Part shown: positions 12,279 to 25,153 of the stretch, in pieces | How positions within the stretch are numbered: the stretch's first letter is position 1 | Layout: the number at the start of each line of letters is the position of its first letter | Origin: Octopus sinensis | Taxonomy: Eukaryota | DNA length: 64,000 nucleotides | Direction of reading: 5' to 3' | Assembly: GCF_006345805.1 (NCBI RefSeq) | Contig: NC_042997.1 | Location: 127,162,001-127,226,000 of the forward strand | The notes under the pieces: generated by a model | The model's database searches: none | Told to the model about the DNA's origin: nothing | Seen by the model: only the letters and a program-made list of their open reading frames with translations | Translations under genes and position numbers: made by a program

Positions 12279-12944
12279 TACATATGCTCGCTACAGGGAA
12301 GGAAATATCAGACAAAAGAGATTTGTATAGATGTTTATACTTACCATATAGTTCAGTAACTTCTTATACTCGTTGTTATGCTGTTCCACTAAACAATCAA
12401 GTTGATAAAGTTCATTTTGGATTCCTATCATAAGAAAGAATATGAAAAACATGAGAATTCTATGAATAAAAATATTTGAATGTTGTAGGATCATCCAGAA
12501 TGTATTATTCCTTAAAATCAAACACATCAGATATATTCTAAACTACTACAGTATATTGACAAAGCTGTGTAATTTTAGTAGCTTGTTGTCAGAACATGGC
12601 CGAAAACCTTTTTCATTTGATTCCGTTAAAACTCGATCCTCTGCCTGAAGTATTTCTTATTTATTACATCATCTACCAAGTGGTGCATGGTTCTGATCTT
12701 ACCATTAATTGCCAAGCCTGACATTCGATGAAGTGTTCTTCAACGGAACTTATTCAGATCGTTTTCGTTAATTAAGTTGGCCCCGATCACCTTCAAATTT
12801 TCAAAGTTAAATGGCTTAAGGCTCGTCCCATTTCTCGGTAATAACTTCTGAGAGATGAAATATCAGCAGTCTAAAAGTGAACAGCAATAGATAATACCCT
12901 GCAGCCAGTGATGAACCATCACCTTATTTCATTTCTCTCATTCA

Positions 12945-12990
12945 TTCATCATCATCACCATCATCATCACCATCGTCATCATCACCATCG

Positions 12991-13032
<42 letters not shown>

Positions 13033-13224
13033 CCACACCACCACCACCATCATCATCATCATCACCATCATCACCATCAGCGTAATCATCATCATCATCA
13101 TCATCATCACCACCACCACCATCGTCAACACCCCCACCACCACCAACACCATCATCATCATCACCACCACCAGCACTAACATTACCATTATCATCATCAC
13201 CACCGTCATGATCATAATCATCAC

Positions 13225-13260
<36 letters not shown>

Positions 13261-13716
13261 AGTCATCATCATCATGATGGCGATGAATCTTTTCTTCTCC
13301 TTTTCGATACAACCACCACCATCATGAACACCAGCTCCACCCACACCTCTCTCTACCTTCTCCTTCCCACTATACCAAATATCGTTATTATCATTGTTGT
13401 CGTCGTAGTTATTACTATCATCTTCATCCCCCTCCTCCTCCTTATCATCATCATTATCATCAACATCATCATCATCCACATCGTTAACATCTTTTTGATA
13501 CAGCCATCAATACTACCATTTTCCACTTCTTACTTTACCCTGTTCTCAACACCGTTATTATTATTATTGTTGTTGATATCGTCGTCATCATCATCATCAT
13601 CATCATCATCATCACCACCACCACCACCACCACCACCACCACAACCATCATCATCTTAATAAGGAGGATAATAATAATTGTTGTTATTATTATTATCATT
13701 ACTATTATTATTATTG

Positions 13717-13765
<49 letters not shown>

Positions 13766-13788
13766 CATCATCATCATCATCATCATCG

Positions 13789-13819
<31 letters not shown>

Positions 13820-13822
13820 TAT
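12945..13822. repeat. Compound (CAT)n/(CAC)n/(TAT)n trinucleotide tract
   Basis: Trinucleotide runs that produce spurious poly-His/Ile/Met ORFs. Confidence 0.9.
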
Positions 13823-14077
13823 TGGTGTGTTGCAGCTGTCAAAGATATAATCAGGTATCTATAGCTCCGTGTATTTCTTCAAGCACTGCAAGTAAAGATT
13901 ATAAGTGGAACCATATACACACACGCGCGCATATATACACACGCACACATATACACACGCGCATATATACACACGCAGACACACACACACACACGCGAAC
14001 TCTATTAGATAAACAATCGTGTATGTGTATTCATATATATATTAATATATATGTATACACACACATATGTGTACATG

Positions 14078-14119
<42 letters not shown>

Positions 14120-14739
14120 TACATACATCAATATATACATACATATACAGATACATAATGCATGCATATCTACATACGCACACACAGTCGTAAATGTCTT
14201 AAGTCTCATAAACCCATCAGCAATGAACGCAAACGTATTCTAAGATTTATACTTGCACATATATACACATTCATACGCATTCATACACTCATTATCCTCA
14301 CACACGTACACATCTGCCTGCATGCCTTTGTGTTCATATCACATCTATAAACACACAACACACACACAGACGCACACATATATTCGCGCACTTACATATT
14401 CAGAACATAACCCCTTAACATACAAACACATACACATATACACGAGCATAGATATTTTGTAAAGCCAAAAGTCCAGAAGGGTATATTTAATTGTGTAAAA
14501 GCAAGCTGCCATGAAGACAAAACTTTCAATTTAGATTCTAATCATCATAATTACCTTTGATAGGGGTGGCTGTATAGTCTTATTGTGTTATTGTTGAAGA
14601 CAAACAGCTAATTATATCAATTCCAAAGCCTGTCATGCCAAACCGACCTATACACAATTTAGAAGAACTGGCTTTGATGAGATTCTGACTTGAACGCTAC
14701 TTTGAAAATTCTGTCCAAATCTAAAATCATGTCGTACGG

Positions 14740-15362
14740 TTAATATAATTGAAAACTAAGAATGACGCCTTCTCATCATAGAAATGTGACAAGTGTGAAC
14801 GTTCAAGGAAGTACGAGAGTGTTGTTACAAATAGCAGCTAGTTTCCTTAGAGACAACAAATTTGCAGAAACAGTATGGAGGTACAACTGCGAGCATGGTC
14901 AGGGACCTATGGAACGCCATGAGTGGGCTTTGCTGTCCAATTCTTGACAATTGTTGTCAAAGAATTCGTTAGTCTTCGCAAGAAACGAATCGATTGATTC
15001 TTGGAGCTGTGATTTTGGCGGATAAACGACACGACACCATCATCAGCGATTACGTATCCACAATGACAGGTACAAAGGAAATGAAGCAAAAGTTCTACGA
15101 AGAATTGGATTCTTTTATCTGGTTTGTGCCAAACCAAGACAGACTTTATTGTTCTTGGTGATTGCAAAGTCTAGGCCGGATCTATTATGAGAAATGCGAA
15201 GAAACCATCGTAAGGGATCGAGTTGCATAGTGTAGCCACAACATCCTGCTGCTGTTCATCATATGATCCGCTTATCACAAATGCCGTCTTCCACCTGTAG
15301 AACGAGATGCATACACTCCGTTTCAAATACACGCATCATACCGGTTATGTTATCGTCAGGTA
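14740..15362 (+). mobile_element. Decayed RTE-clade LINE, APE endonuclease region
   Basis: Frameshifted TIISDYVSTMTGTKEMKQKFYEELDS..IVLGDCK..GYVIVR resembles the RTE APE motifs IISAYAPT/KFYEELD/IVLGDFN/DYVIVR. Confidence 0.7.
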
Positions 15363-15739
15363 AAGAGAAAATTCAATTAGCATTTAGTTGAGAATAAAAC
15401 ATATTATGGGAACAGCAAAGATAAAGAGGCCTGATTCTTTTCATTTATATCTGTTTTCAGTATTGATTTAATGTGTCTGGAGCATTTCGTCATGACCATT
15501 TCTTTTATAAGTGTGTTGAAATCCGTCTAGCTCAGCGATTTCTAAGTCTTTATAAGCCTGTGTTAGTTGTAATACTCTTATCTCTGTTTCTTTTCTTATA
15601 TGACATTAGCGTTCTTAATTTTCTTCTTTTCAAAGATGCTTTGGCGTATTTTTCTAATTCGAATCTCGTATCATTCTTCTTACATTTTTCCATGTCCTGT
15701 CAGTAGCAGTGATTATCATCTTCACTGTGCAATTCAATG

Positions 15740-17036
15740 TACGAGGGGCGTTCAATAAGTAATGCCCCTGACCCACTTCCCATAGCAGTAGAGCAACGAA
15801 ACTTGGCACAGTTATTAGTCTTTTTCTACATAGAAACCACCCAGAGTTACGCATTTTCTCCCATCGTTTGATGCAGCTCTGGAGACCGTTTTTGTAGAAG
15901 ACCCCAGCTTGGTCCTCCAACCACGACGTGACTTCAGAAATCAAGGCTGCATCATCTGGGAAACGCTTTCCTTTCAAAAACAACTTCATGGCTGGGAAGA
16001 GGTGAAAATCAGAGGGTGCAAGGTCAGGAGAGTAGGGGGGATGGGGGAGGAGTTCATAGCCGCACGCCTGTTTTCTGATCTGGCGACACGCGAGTTGTGG
16101 ACCGGAGCGTTGTCCTGCAAGAGGAGGATACCTTTGCTGATCTTGCCCCGTCTCTTGATTTTGATAGCTTCTCTTAATTTCCTCAAAAGTGAAGCATAAT
16201 AGGCTCCTGTAATTGTGGTACCCTTTGCCAGGAAATCTGTCATCACTACTCCGTCCTGGTCCCAGAAGACTGTGAGCATGACCATGCCAGCGGAGGGTTG
16301 CACCCTTGCCTTCTTTGGAGGAGGTGAGTCACGGTGCTTCCACTGCATTGACTGGGCTTTGGTCTCTGGATCATAGTGATGGACCCAGGTTTCATCCTGT
16401 GTAATCAGTCTTTTGAAAAATTTTGACTCATCTTCTTGGCACATCTCCAAATTCATCCTCGAGCACTCGATGCGTTCTTGCTTCTGGAAAGGTGTGAGCA
16501 ACCTGGGAATCCATCTGGCAGACACCTTTTGCATATGCAAATGGTCATGAATGATAGTTTCCACAGACCCGGTACTAATCTTGACCTCATGGGCTATTTG
16601 GCGAATAGTTATGCGTCGATCTTCCAAAATGGCAGCCTCAACTTGACGGACAGATGCCTCATCAATGGCAGAAGGGGGACGACCAGATCTGGGAGCTGTT
16701 TCCACAGAGTTCCGACCATGTTTGAATTCACGATGCCAGCGTTTTACAAGGTCATATGATGGGGCATCATCACCATAAGTTACTTTCATTTCATAAAAAA
16801 TCTCCCGTGGTGTGCGTCCTTTCAAATACAAAAACCGGATCACTGCTCGACACTCAACAGGCTCCATTTCACACTTGACTCAGTTCAAACACCTGTAAAT
16901 CAGAAACCACAATTAGTTCAGAGCTGTAATTTTCCACTTAATCTATAGATATATCAATAATTGCACATGCAAACTTTCAGCTAGATCAAACAACTGCAAG
17001 TGGGTCAGAGGCATTACTTATTGAACACCCCTCGTA
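15740..17036 (-). mobile_element. Full-length mariner (DD34D), ~1.3 kb
   Basis: TA-flanked ~37-bp TIRs CGAGGGGCGTTCAATAAGTAATGCCCCTGACCCACTT / AAGTGGGTCAGAGGCATTACTTATTGAACACCCCTCG. Confidence 0.95.
15815..16867 (-). pseudogene. Mariner transposase, frameshifted near C-terminus
   Basis: WIPRLL, TQDETW and LLQDNAPVH in ORF 15986-16867; YSPDLAPSDFHLF and ..KGKRF..FYKNGLQSCIKRWEK in a shifted frame. Confidence 0.9.
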
Positions 17037-17155
17037 GTATTGAAGTCGTTCTCAGATGAGTCCTTCAGTGGTACTCCAAACTATCTCAGTCCTCCATACA
17101 ATTCGCTAGCTTTCCAATAGTTTCTACTTTTACATCTTTCTTTAGTACATTCACA

Positions 17156-18785
17156 TATACTGGCCAAAATAGTTTCAGACCGATGATAACAGTTCTGTTC
17201 CTTCATTAATATATTTTAAACAAAACTACAAAATTATTTTCCTTTTTACAGTTTATGTAGAATTATTTTCTCTTTCGAATGATACAGGCGTTATATATCT
17301 TTCTACAATTCGAATAATTTTAATGCGCAATTAATTCAAATGATCAGAAATTGTCGGCAAAATAAGTTTAAGACCGTACCAAGAATATGCAAATTAATAA
17401 GCCATATGGCTGGTTGTTCTACACTGCTTTGCTTAATAATCGACCATTGTTACACATTAATTCGCTATGGGAAAGCGTCGTAATATTAGCCCAGTTACTA
17501 AATCAAAGATCAAATTGCTTCATCAGCAGGACGTGTCCTTCATGATCATTAGCAAGCAATTATGATGCAGCAAAACGGCTTGTGCTCAAGCATGGAAGCT
17601 TTACCAAGCCACTGGCCAATACAAAGACCGGCAAAGAACGGACGCTCCGAGAAAAATAACAGTACAGATGGATCGGCGAATTCATAGGCTCTCTGAAGGT
17701 AACCGAATGCTAACAGCAGTAAACAATTGCAAGCAATTATCTGTTGAAACTGACATCAGTTTTACACCAAAGCTCTTAGAAACCGTCTAAAAGTATTTGG
17801 ACTGTTCGGCCGGATTACTCGAAAGAAGCCGATAATTTCTGAGACGAACCGGCGGAAGTGGATCAAGTTTGCTAAACTCCATATTGAATGGACGGTCGAA
17901 GACTGGTCAAAAGTTCTTTGGAGCGACGAATCCCGCTTCTGCATCTTTGGATTAGATGGAAAGACTTATGTTAGATGCCGTCCAACTGAAGAATTCCATC
18001 CTAAGAGTGTCAAGAAAACAGCGCAAGCGGGAGATGGTGTGGGGGATAATGGTGTAGGCCGCGTTCAGGAGCTTAGGTGTTGGTTCAATTGTCAAAGTTT
18101 ATGGCAGACTGAACAGTGTAGGCTATCTACAATTAGTAAATGAACATATGCTGCCATATTTAAATAATCAGATGCTGCCGGGATCTATTTTCCAGCAGGA
18201 CAATTGCCTCGTTCATAAGGCTAGGAAAACTCTGCAATATTTTGAAAGTTTTGTAATATTTTGGTTACTGAGTGGCTTCTGCAGAGCCCGGATTTTAAAA
18301 TAATAGAAAATTTATGGAATTATGTTTCTTGAAGAGTTCATGCTAAAAAAAGCAAATTTGCCCCAATTATATAATTTTATTGAAGAAATATGGGCAGAAC
18401 ATTCCAAGTAATCTTTGTGCGCATTTTGTCGAATTCCATGTCTCGCCGTTGAAAGGCTGCAATTGAAAATAATGGGTATAGAACTAGATACTAATAATAC
18501 ATTTAGCTCGTTGATCATTTGTGCCGTAAATTTTTAGTTTAAACAAAATATTGTTGGTATCGTGTTAAACTTATTTTGTCGACAATTTCCAATCATTTGA
18601 ATTAATTGCGCATTTAAATTATTCAAACTGTAGAAAAATATATAACACCTTTGTCATTTGAAAGAGAAAAACAAATTCTACATAAACTGTAAAAAGTAAA
18701 ATAATTTTATACAGTTTTGTTAAAAATAAATTAATGAAGGAACAGAACTGTCAACAATGGTATTTTACTTATTTTGGCCAGTGTA
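17156..18785 (+). mobile_element. Tc1-like (DD34E) transposon with long IR/DR TIRs, decayed transposase
   Basis: ~230-bp TIRs starting TA(C/T)ACTGGCCAAAATA; internal ~17467-18495 gives RKKPIISETNRRKW..WSKVLWSDESRF, IFQQDN and SPDFKIIENLW. Confidence 0.9.
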
Positions 18786-20869
18786 GGTTGGGCGTGGGAT
18801 GCCCTTTCCTTCTATGTTCATTTGTCGACTCTCTTAGCACCAGCTGGATGTCTAGGAGCTCCCCATAGCTGCAAGTAATCAGTCGGGTTCATTATTCTGA
18901 TTACTGTTTTGTCGTTGAACCCTTGTAACCCAACCCCTATTCAGACAAGTGTTTCTACCGTGCTATTTCTGTTTGATGTTAAGTATTGCACACAGTATTC
19001 TGGTGTAGCACCCATCACAGACTGCTACACGGTAGGCTCCAAGATCTAACTTCCATAGTCATGTAACAAGTAGTACGTGCTCTATAGTCACATATGAAAT
19101 ATATAAATGATAGTTTGGTTGCCCTCTCATAGCATTTGTTCTTTTGTCTAGTTTGGTTTTGGGTTAGTATTTTTTACGGTCTGCTTTTTCTTCGATTTTG
19201 AGAACCAAATTAAATTTCTCTTCAGTGATTCAGCTACGTGTTGCTTCCGGCTACTTCATTAGCTTATTAGCAGTTAGCTCCTTATTTGTACCTATATAGT
19301 ATTTTAATCAGACGTTTGGTGTCTTATCAATTTTTGTAGCCCTTCAGTTATTTGGTTCTGTAGTGTTTAAACTATTTCTTTGTTGATATAGCCTTCTACG
19401 ATTGTTCAGGCGTTGAGTTCGTTGTTTGGAACTATCACCACCATTATGTATTATTCACTGTCCATACTCTCTAACAATATTCTTCTGTCTCCTTCTATTG
19501 GCACTGCATTGTTTTCTGTTATATTTAACTAGTTCATAAAAAAATCACTTTGGGTTGGAGACTAACAGTTTGTTTTGTTCAAATGATAGATTTTGCTTTT
19601 CATGCTGCCATATATTCCCAGCAATTTTGCGAGCATCTCTTGTTTTTTTGGCCCTTGTGGGTAATAAAGAAACCGAGCATCTTTTGTTTTATATGTTTCT
19701 TTTTTTATTTTCCAACTGTTGTTATATTTTTTGTAGTACTTGTTTCTCCCGGTCCTTTTGTTTCAGTTGTGCCTTTTTGTTATGGATTTTAAAGACTGGG
19801 GGATATTTCCGTTTATTTTGTATCTTTCAATCTCTGTGTTTGCTTCCCGAGTTGTTTGTCAGGGATTTATATTCTCATATGTGTACCACTGAAAGATTAC
19901 TAATTTCCTTTTGAAACACCTATGGTTGCTGCATATATTAATTTCGCTTATCATGTTGTTATCAACGCTCATATCTGTTCAAATTTGCGTTTTCGTTGCT
20001 TCTATTTAGTCTTTGGGATGGGTTTCTTTCATTGGTCCATAGAAAAGCTCTATTGATTTTCATTCTTGAAATATTTCTATCTTTAGATTGCTTATTTTCA
20101 TGTTCAGGATTTCCATCTTTAGAATTACCTGTTTTTAAATTTTTCAAACATTATTTCTTATTCACAGTTTTATTTGTGTTGTTTTAGTTCGACTTTTGCT
20201 GGTCAGCATTCTGTAAATACTCAAGGATTTCGTTTTGTTGTGTGTTCTTATATTTCCTGTATGATGTGTTAAATCTATCTTCGTGGTTCACGTTCTCAAT
20301 GCTTTTTTAAAATTTTCATTGTTTTGTTTTGTTCATTAATTGCTTTCGTTATGTATTCCTTCTCTTATGTCTACTATCTCATTTTTTAACAGAAAATCTT
20401 CTTTAAATTATCTAACCTGTTAGGATCCGACATTACATTTAGATCACAGTAATTTTCTCTCCATAATTTTTATATCAAAATATTGTCGTGATTTCGTTTT
20501 TGTAGTTGACTGCGGTTGTCAATATGTGCATAGAGCTGTATTCCTAGATTGTTATAATTTTAATCGGGTACTGATCGATAAGTTTTTGGCAATGCTGAGT
20601 TTTGTACAATCCATATTTCGTACATTTATAACTGAAATTAGAAATCCATTTCTCTATCTAACTTTGAGCTGAACAATAAGGTCTTTGCATTATTGTTTGT
20701 AATATTCGTGCTTGTTGGGTGACTGAACCTGTTTCTTATTGATATGATCCATACTTCGTTAGTTTGTTTACATTTGCCGTTCGGTCTCCTATTAGGAAAA
20801 ATATTTGTAATACATTAATTCTCTGGGGTAAATATCAATGAATTTTACAAGATGAAGGCCTCTTCAGTT

Positions 20870-21992
20870 GTGAAAACTGCTGCTTCTTCTCGGAGTCGTG
20901 CCCGCAAATCCAGCTCTCGTCACCGGTGATGACGCTCGGCATGGACGATAGGTCATCAGCGGCACGCTGACGAAGATCTTGACAGACTTCGACTCGATGT
21001 TTTTTCTGCTCAGTGGTCAGCAGAGGACAAACTTGACAGAGACGCGCCGCATGTTCAATACAGACGTTAGGATTGCTTGTACGGACCCATACAACAGACC
21101 GACAGTATCAGCAATGTTGTTGATTGTCCACCAACGATCCTCATGCACAAGCTGATGAATTATCTCCACATTTCTGAGGATGACGCTCGTGGCAGGTCTC
21201 CCGGATCGCTCCTTCCGCTTTTGAAGCGCTCGTACCATTCGAAACATTGCGTCCGACCCATCGCCTCGTCGCCATAAGCTTGCCGAAGTATGCTCAACAT
21301 CTCTGCAGCAGACTTTCCAAGTTTAACGCAAAATTTTACGATTCATTGTTCCAACTTCCTGTCCATGACAAAATCGGAGATAACAGCGTACATGTGATCA
21401 CAAAACATAAAGTCTACAACTTGGGAAGTAAACAGGGTGATGTCGCTCGGCACACTGCTTCATGAAAACCACTGCTAGCTCTCATTGCACACGCAATTGT
21501 GCACTGCTATGTGTTGGCACGCTACAGAATTAACCCGGACATAAGGCGGCGAGCTGGCAGAAACGTTAGCATGCCGGGCGAATGGTTTAGCGGTATTTCG
21601 TCTGCCGCTACGTTCAAATTCCGCCGAGGTCGACTTTGCCTTTTATCCTTTCGGGGTCGATTAAATAAGTACCAGTTACGCACTGGGGTCGATATAATCG
21701 ACTTAGTCCATTTGCCTGTCCTTGTTTGTCCTCTCTGTGTTTAGCCCCTTGTGGGTAGTAAAGAAATAGCTATCTCGTCTGCCGTTGCATTCTGAGTTCA
21801 AATTCCGCTGAGGTCAACTTTGCCTTTTATCCTTTCGGGGTCGATAAATTAAGTACCAGTTGCGCACTGGGGTCGATTTAATCGACTTAATCCATCCCTT
21901 TGTCTGTCCTTGTTTGTCTCCTCTATGTTTAGCCCCTTGTGGGCAATAAAGAAATAAGAATTAACCCGGAAATTTTTTGATACCACTTTGTA
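20870..21992 (-). mobile_element. Mariner 5' half, interrupted by a SINE
   Basis: ERSGRPATS..IHQLVHEDRWWTINNIADTVGLLYGSVQAILTSVLNMRRVSVKFV; TIR-like TACAAAGTGGTATCAAAAAATTTCCGG ending at 21992. Confidence 0.8.
21543..21956 (+). mobile_element. SINE family A, dimeric, with 14-bp TSD
   Basis: Head-core-tailA-core-tailA; AGAATTAACCCGGA at 21526-21539 and 21957-21970. Confidence 0.9.
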
Positions 21993-22774
21993 GTTGCAGT
22001 TACGATTACACGTTGAAGCATTTCGGATAGAAGAAAACTGAGGTCAGAGATAGAGAATACAACGTAAAGTGGAGGTGAGAACATGTATGCATGCAAAGAA
22101 TTATTCTAACATATAATTACATATACATATAAACATGAACTCGTGTTAATTGCTTTACTACCATCGCGGAAAATAAATTTAACCATGTTCTAAATCTCAT
22201 ATTAAAATAGAAAATTTTACTCAGTAAATATCATTAGCTTTCGGTTCAAAACATTAAAGAACCAACCGAACTACTAACGAAGGTAGGCAGAGCAATTTGA
22301 CAGTATAGCGCAATTAATAACAATACTTTTCTTTGAGGGTCTCTCTTCAGGGTCTCACAACATTTTACAGTTGTTTCTAAAGTTTTTAAAAAAGTGCGAC
22401 TGACGTGTTTGCGCGCATCGGGGCCACTTCATCACTGTATGTATGTGCACACACACACATAATCATCGTTATTCCCACCACCACTACCACCATCATCATC
22501 ATCATCATCATCATGACTATTTACCTTCCGCTTTTTCATGCTCGCATAGTTCAGACAGGATTTGTTAACGTGGATTTTCTAAGATCGGGTGACTTTCCAG
22601 TCACCAATCCACACCTATTTCCAGGTAAGGTGTTATGCCTCACTATAGCCAAACGTATATCTTCAAAGAAGACTGGAAAAGAACAGCGTCTCATGTATGA
22701 CGGTGACACTCGTTTACAACCATCACGTGATAGCAAGACAATAGTATACGCACACACCTGTACACACACGCGCG

Positions 22775-23012
<238 letters not shown>

Positions 23013-23209
23013 CGGACGTGCTGTCACTTCGGCTCCGAAGGTAATCGTTAATTTTGACTATTTATAGCCCATATTTTGTGTACATTTTTGTAAATAAGTT
23101 GTGTAAGGCACCCAACTTTCGTTTGAGTGCTTTTCCAAGGGAAGAATTCGCCCCTAGGGGCAGTTTCAACCCCATTTCATTTCTGTAATTTTCTTCTCGA
23201 CATTAGAAA

Positions 23210-25098
23210 ATGTCGAGAAATTTTATTGTAGAACGCTGGTCGCGTTCCTTTATGGACCAGCATTTTCCTAGTCTGGAAACGCTAGGAGAAGAAAAAAAGA
23301 ACTCATGCATGCAAAGTGCAAACATGAATATCGTTGGAATGAACGCTGCAACCACGTGCGGTAACAGCCCTGTCACCACCGCCATCACCATTAACAACAA
23401 CAACAACGAGATTACTACTGCTACCACCACCACCACCTCCACCACCACCACCACCACTACCACCACAACCAACATAAATGATAAAAATGAAACTCACGCA
23501 AATACTATTAAGAAAAACAACAACAACAACAAGAACAACAATAAAAATGAACTATCTAATAGTGAAGATGTTAATACAAAAAAATCAACAACACCAGTAA
23601 ATTTCGCTGACACTCTGCGTCAGAAGAAAGAGATTGTAACATTTACAAATGAAGAGCTCATAGAAACGAGAGCTCTCTTTACAACCCGTGGGCAAGATTT
23701 AGTGCTACATACACCTCAACACATAAAGCAAGAAATAGAAAATAAGACAATTATATATAAAATTATAAGACAAAACAAAAAACTAAATGAACAGATTACA
23801 AAAACAGATGTAGAAAAATGCTTAAAAAACATAATAAAGGAAAACAATATATAAACTGGGGTCCCCAGTTTAACACAGTAGTGGTCCGCTTCCCTAACCA
23901 GGAAGTGGCAAAAGCTCACTCTACTGAGTCTCTGGGAAATGATGAAATCATCATGGTCCCATACTATAAAAACCAGAGAGTGAGTCGAATCACTATTAAA
24001 AATGTAATTCCCGAGATTCCTAACAAATGGATAACAGGGGCAATCTGTTACCATTTAAAAAATATCAACATTTTGGAAACCGCCGTGTACCTTGGCGACA
24101 TTTGGGGTGGGAAAACAATAGTGGTGACCATACAGATTGAGGGGGCCTCTATCGAGAGCCTACCGGATAAGATCCACTTGGAAAATGGGCAATGCCTATA
24201 TGTTGTAGCAGAAGGCAAAAAGCCTAGATGCTACAACTGTGGCAGCCCCGAACATTTAATTGCCAAGTGCGCTCTGGTACAGAAAAACAAGAAAGAACAA
24301 ATCAGAAAACAAATAAAAAAACCCTTGTTGCCAACACCAACACACTCAATTATGGAACAATGCCAAGAAAAACAACAAACCAGCAAACAAACCCCAACAA
24401 CATCACCAAGAAAAGAAACAGTACCAACATAATCACCGTTGACGTCACAACCAATTCAACATGTTGAATCAACAAAAAATAGACCAACACCCACACCGAG
24501 GACGACAATTAAAAAGACAGAAAACAGTGACGAGAAGACAAATTCTACCCCTAACACCACAACAACACAAACACCGCACAAAACATCAACAATTTCTACA
24601 AGCATACATATGAACCCAAATGCTTTGCCTCTACCCCATACTGATACGTCGGACGACGAAAGTTCGACGGAATGGCAAATAGCCACAGGGGGTAAAAGGA
24701 AAAGATCCAAAAAATCCACCAAACAAGGAAGTAAAGCAGGGAGATATCTAACTCCGGACAACATCCTCCTAGACAATCAAAAAAGCAATGAACCCGTAAA
24801 ACCACACACACAACTAACTGCAATAGACACAGACAATAAAGAATTAATGGACTACATCACATCCAACACGGACATATGTGAAGATGACTTTAAGACAAAC
24901 AATCATCCGCACACCACACCACCGAAACACATCAGAATTTTACACATAACACAAGCACAACACCACATACTGAAAACAATATTTCCGAATGCGGTAGGCG
25001 GGTTTCAACGATACCTGTCGAAAAAACTATACACACACCTCATCAAAAACAATACAAAAGAAGAAGAAAAAAATGAAACTTTTAAAATGAGTAAGTGA
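23210..25098 (+). pseudogene. LINE ORF1 (gag-like), one frameshift and one nonsense codon
   Basis: Pieces 23210-23854, 23818-24432 and 24439-25098 (last two in the same frame across a TAA); CYNCGSPEHLIAKC zinc knuckle. Confidence 0.8.
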
Positions 25099-25153
25099 CC
25101 TCCTCTTGCCTCTTGTCTCTTCTAATGTAGTGTGTAAAACACAATTTTCGTAA

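Noticed and set aside
12600-12900. Possible host exon or TE protein on the minus strand
   Set aside because: Interrupted by stops, with no recognisable motif
12908-14193. Poly-His/Asp/Met/Leu/Ser ORFs
   Set aside because: Stop-free trinucleotide tracts open in several frames on both strands, with no domain or splice context
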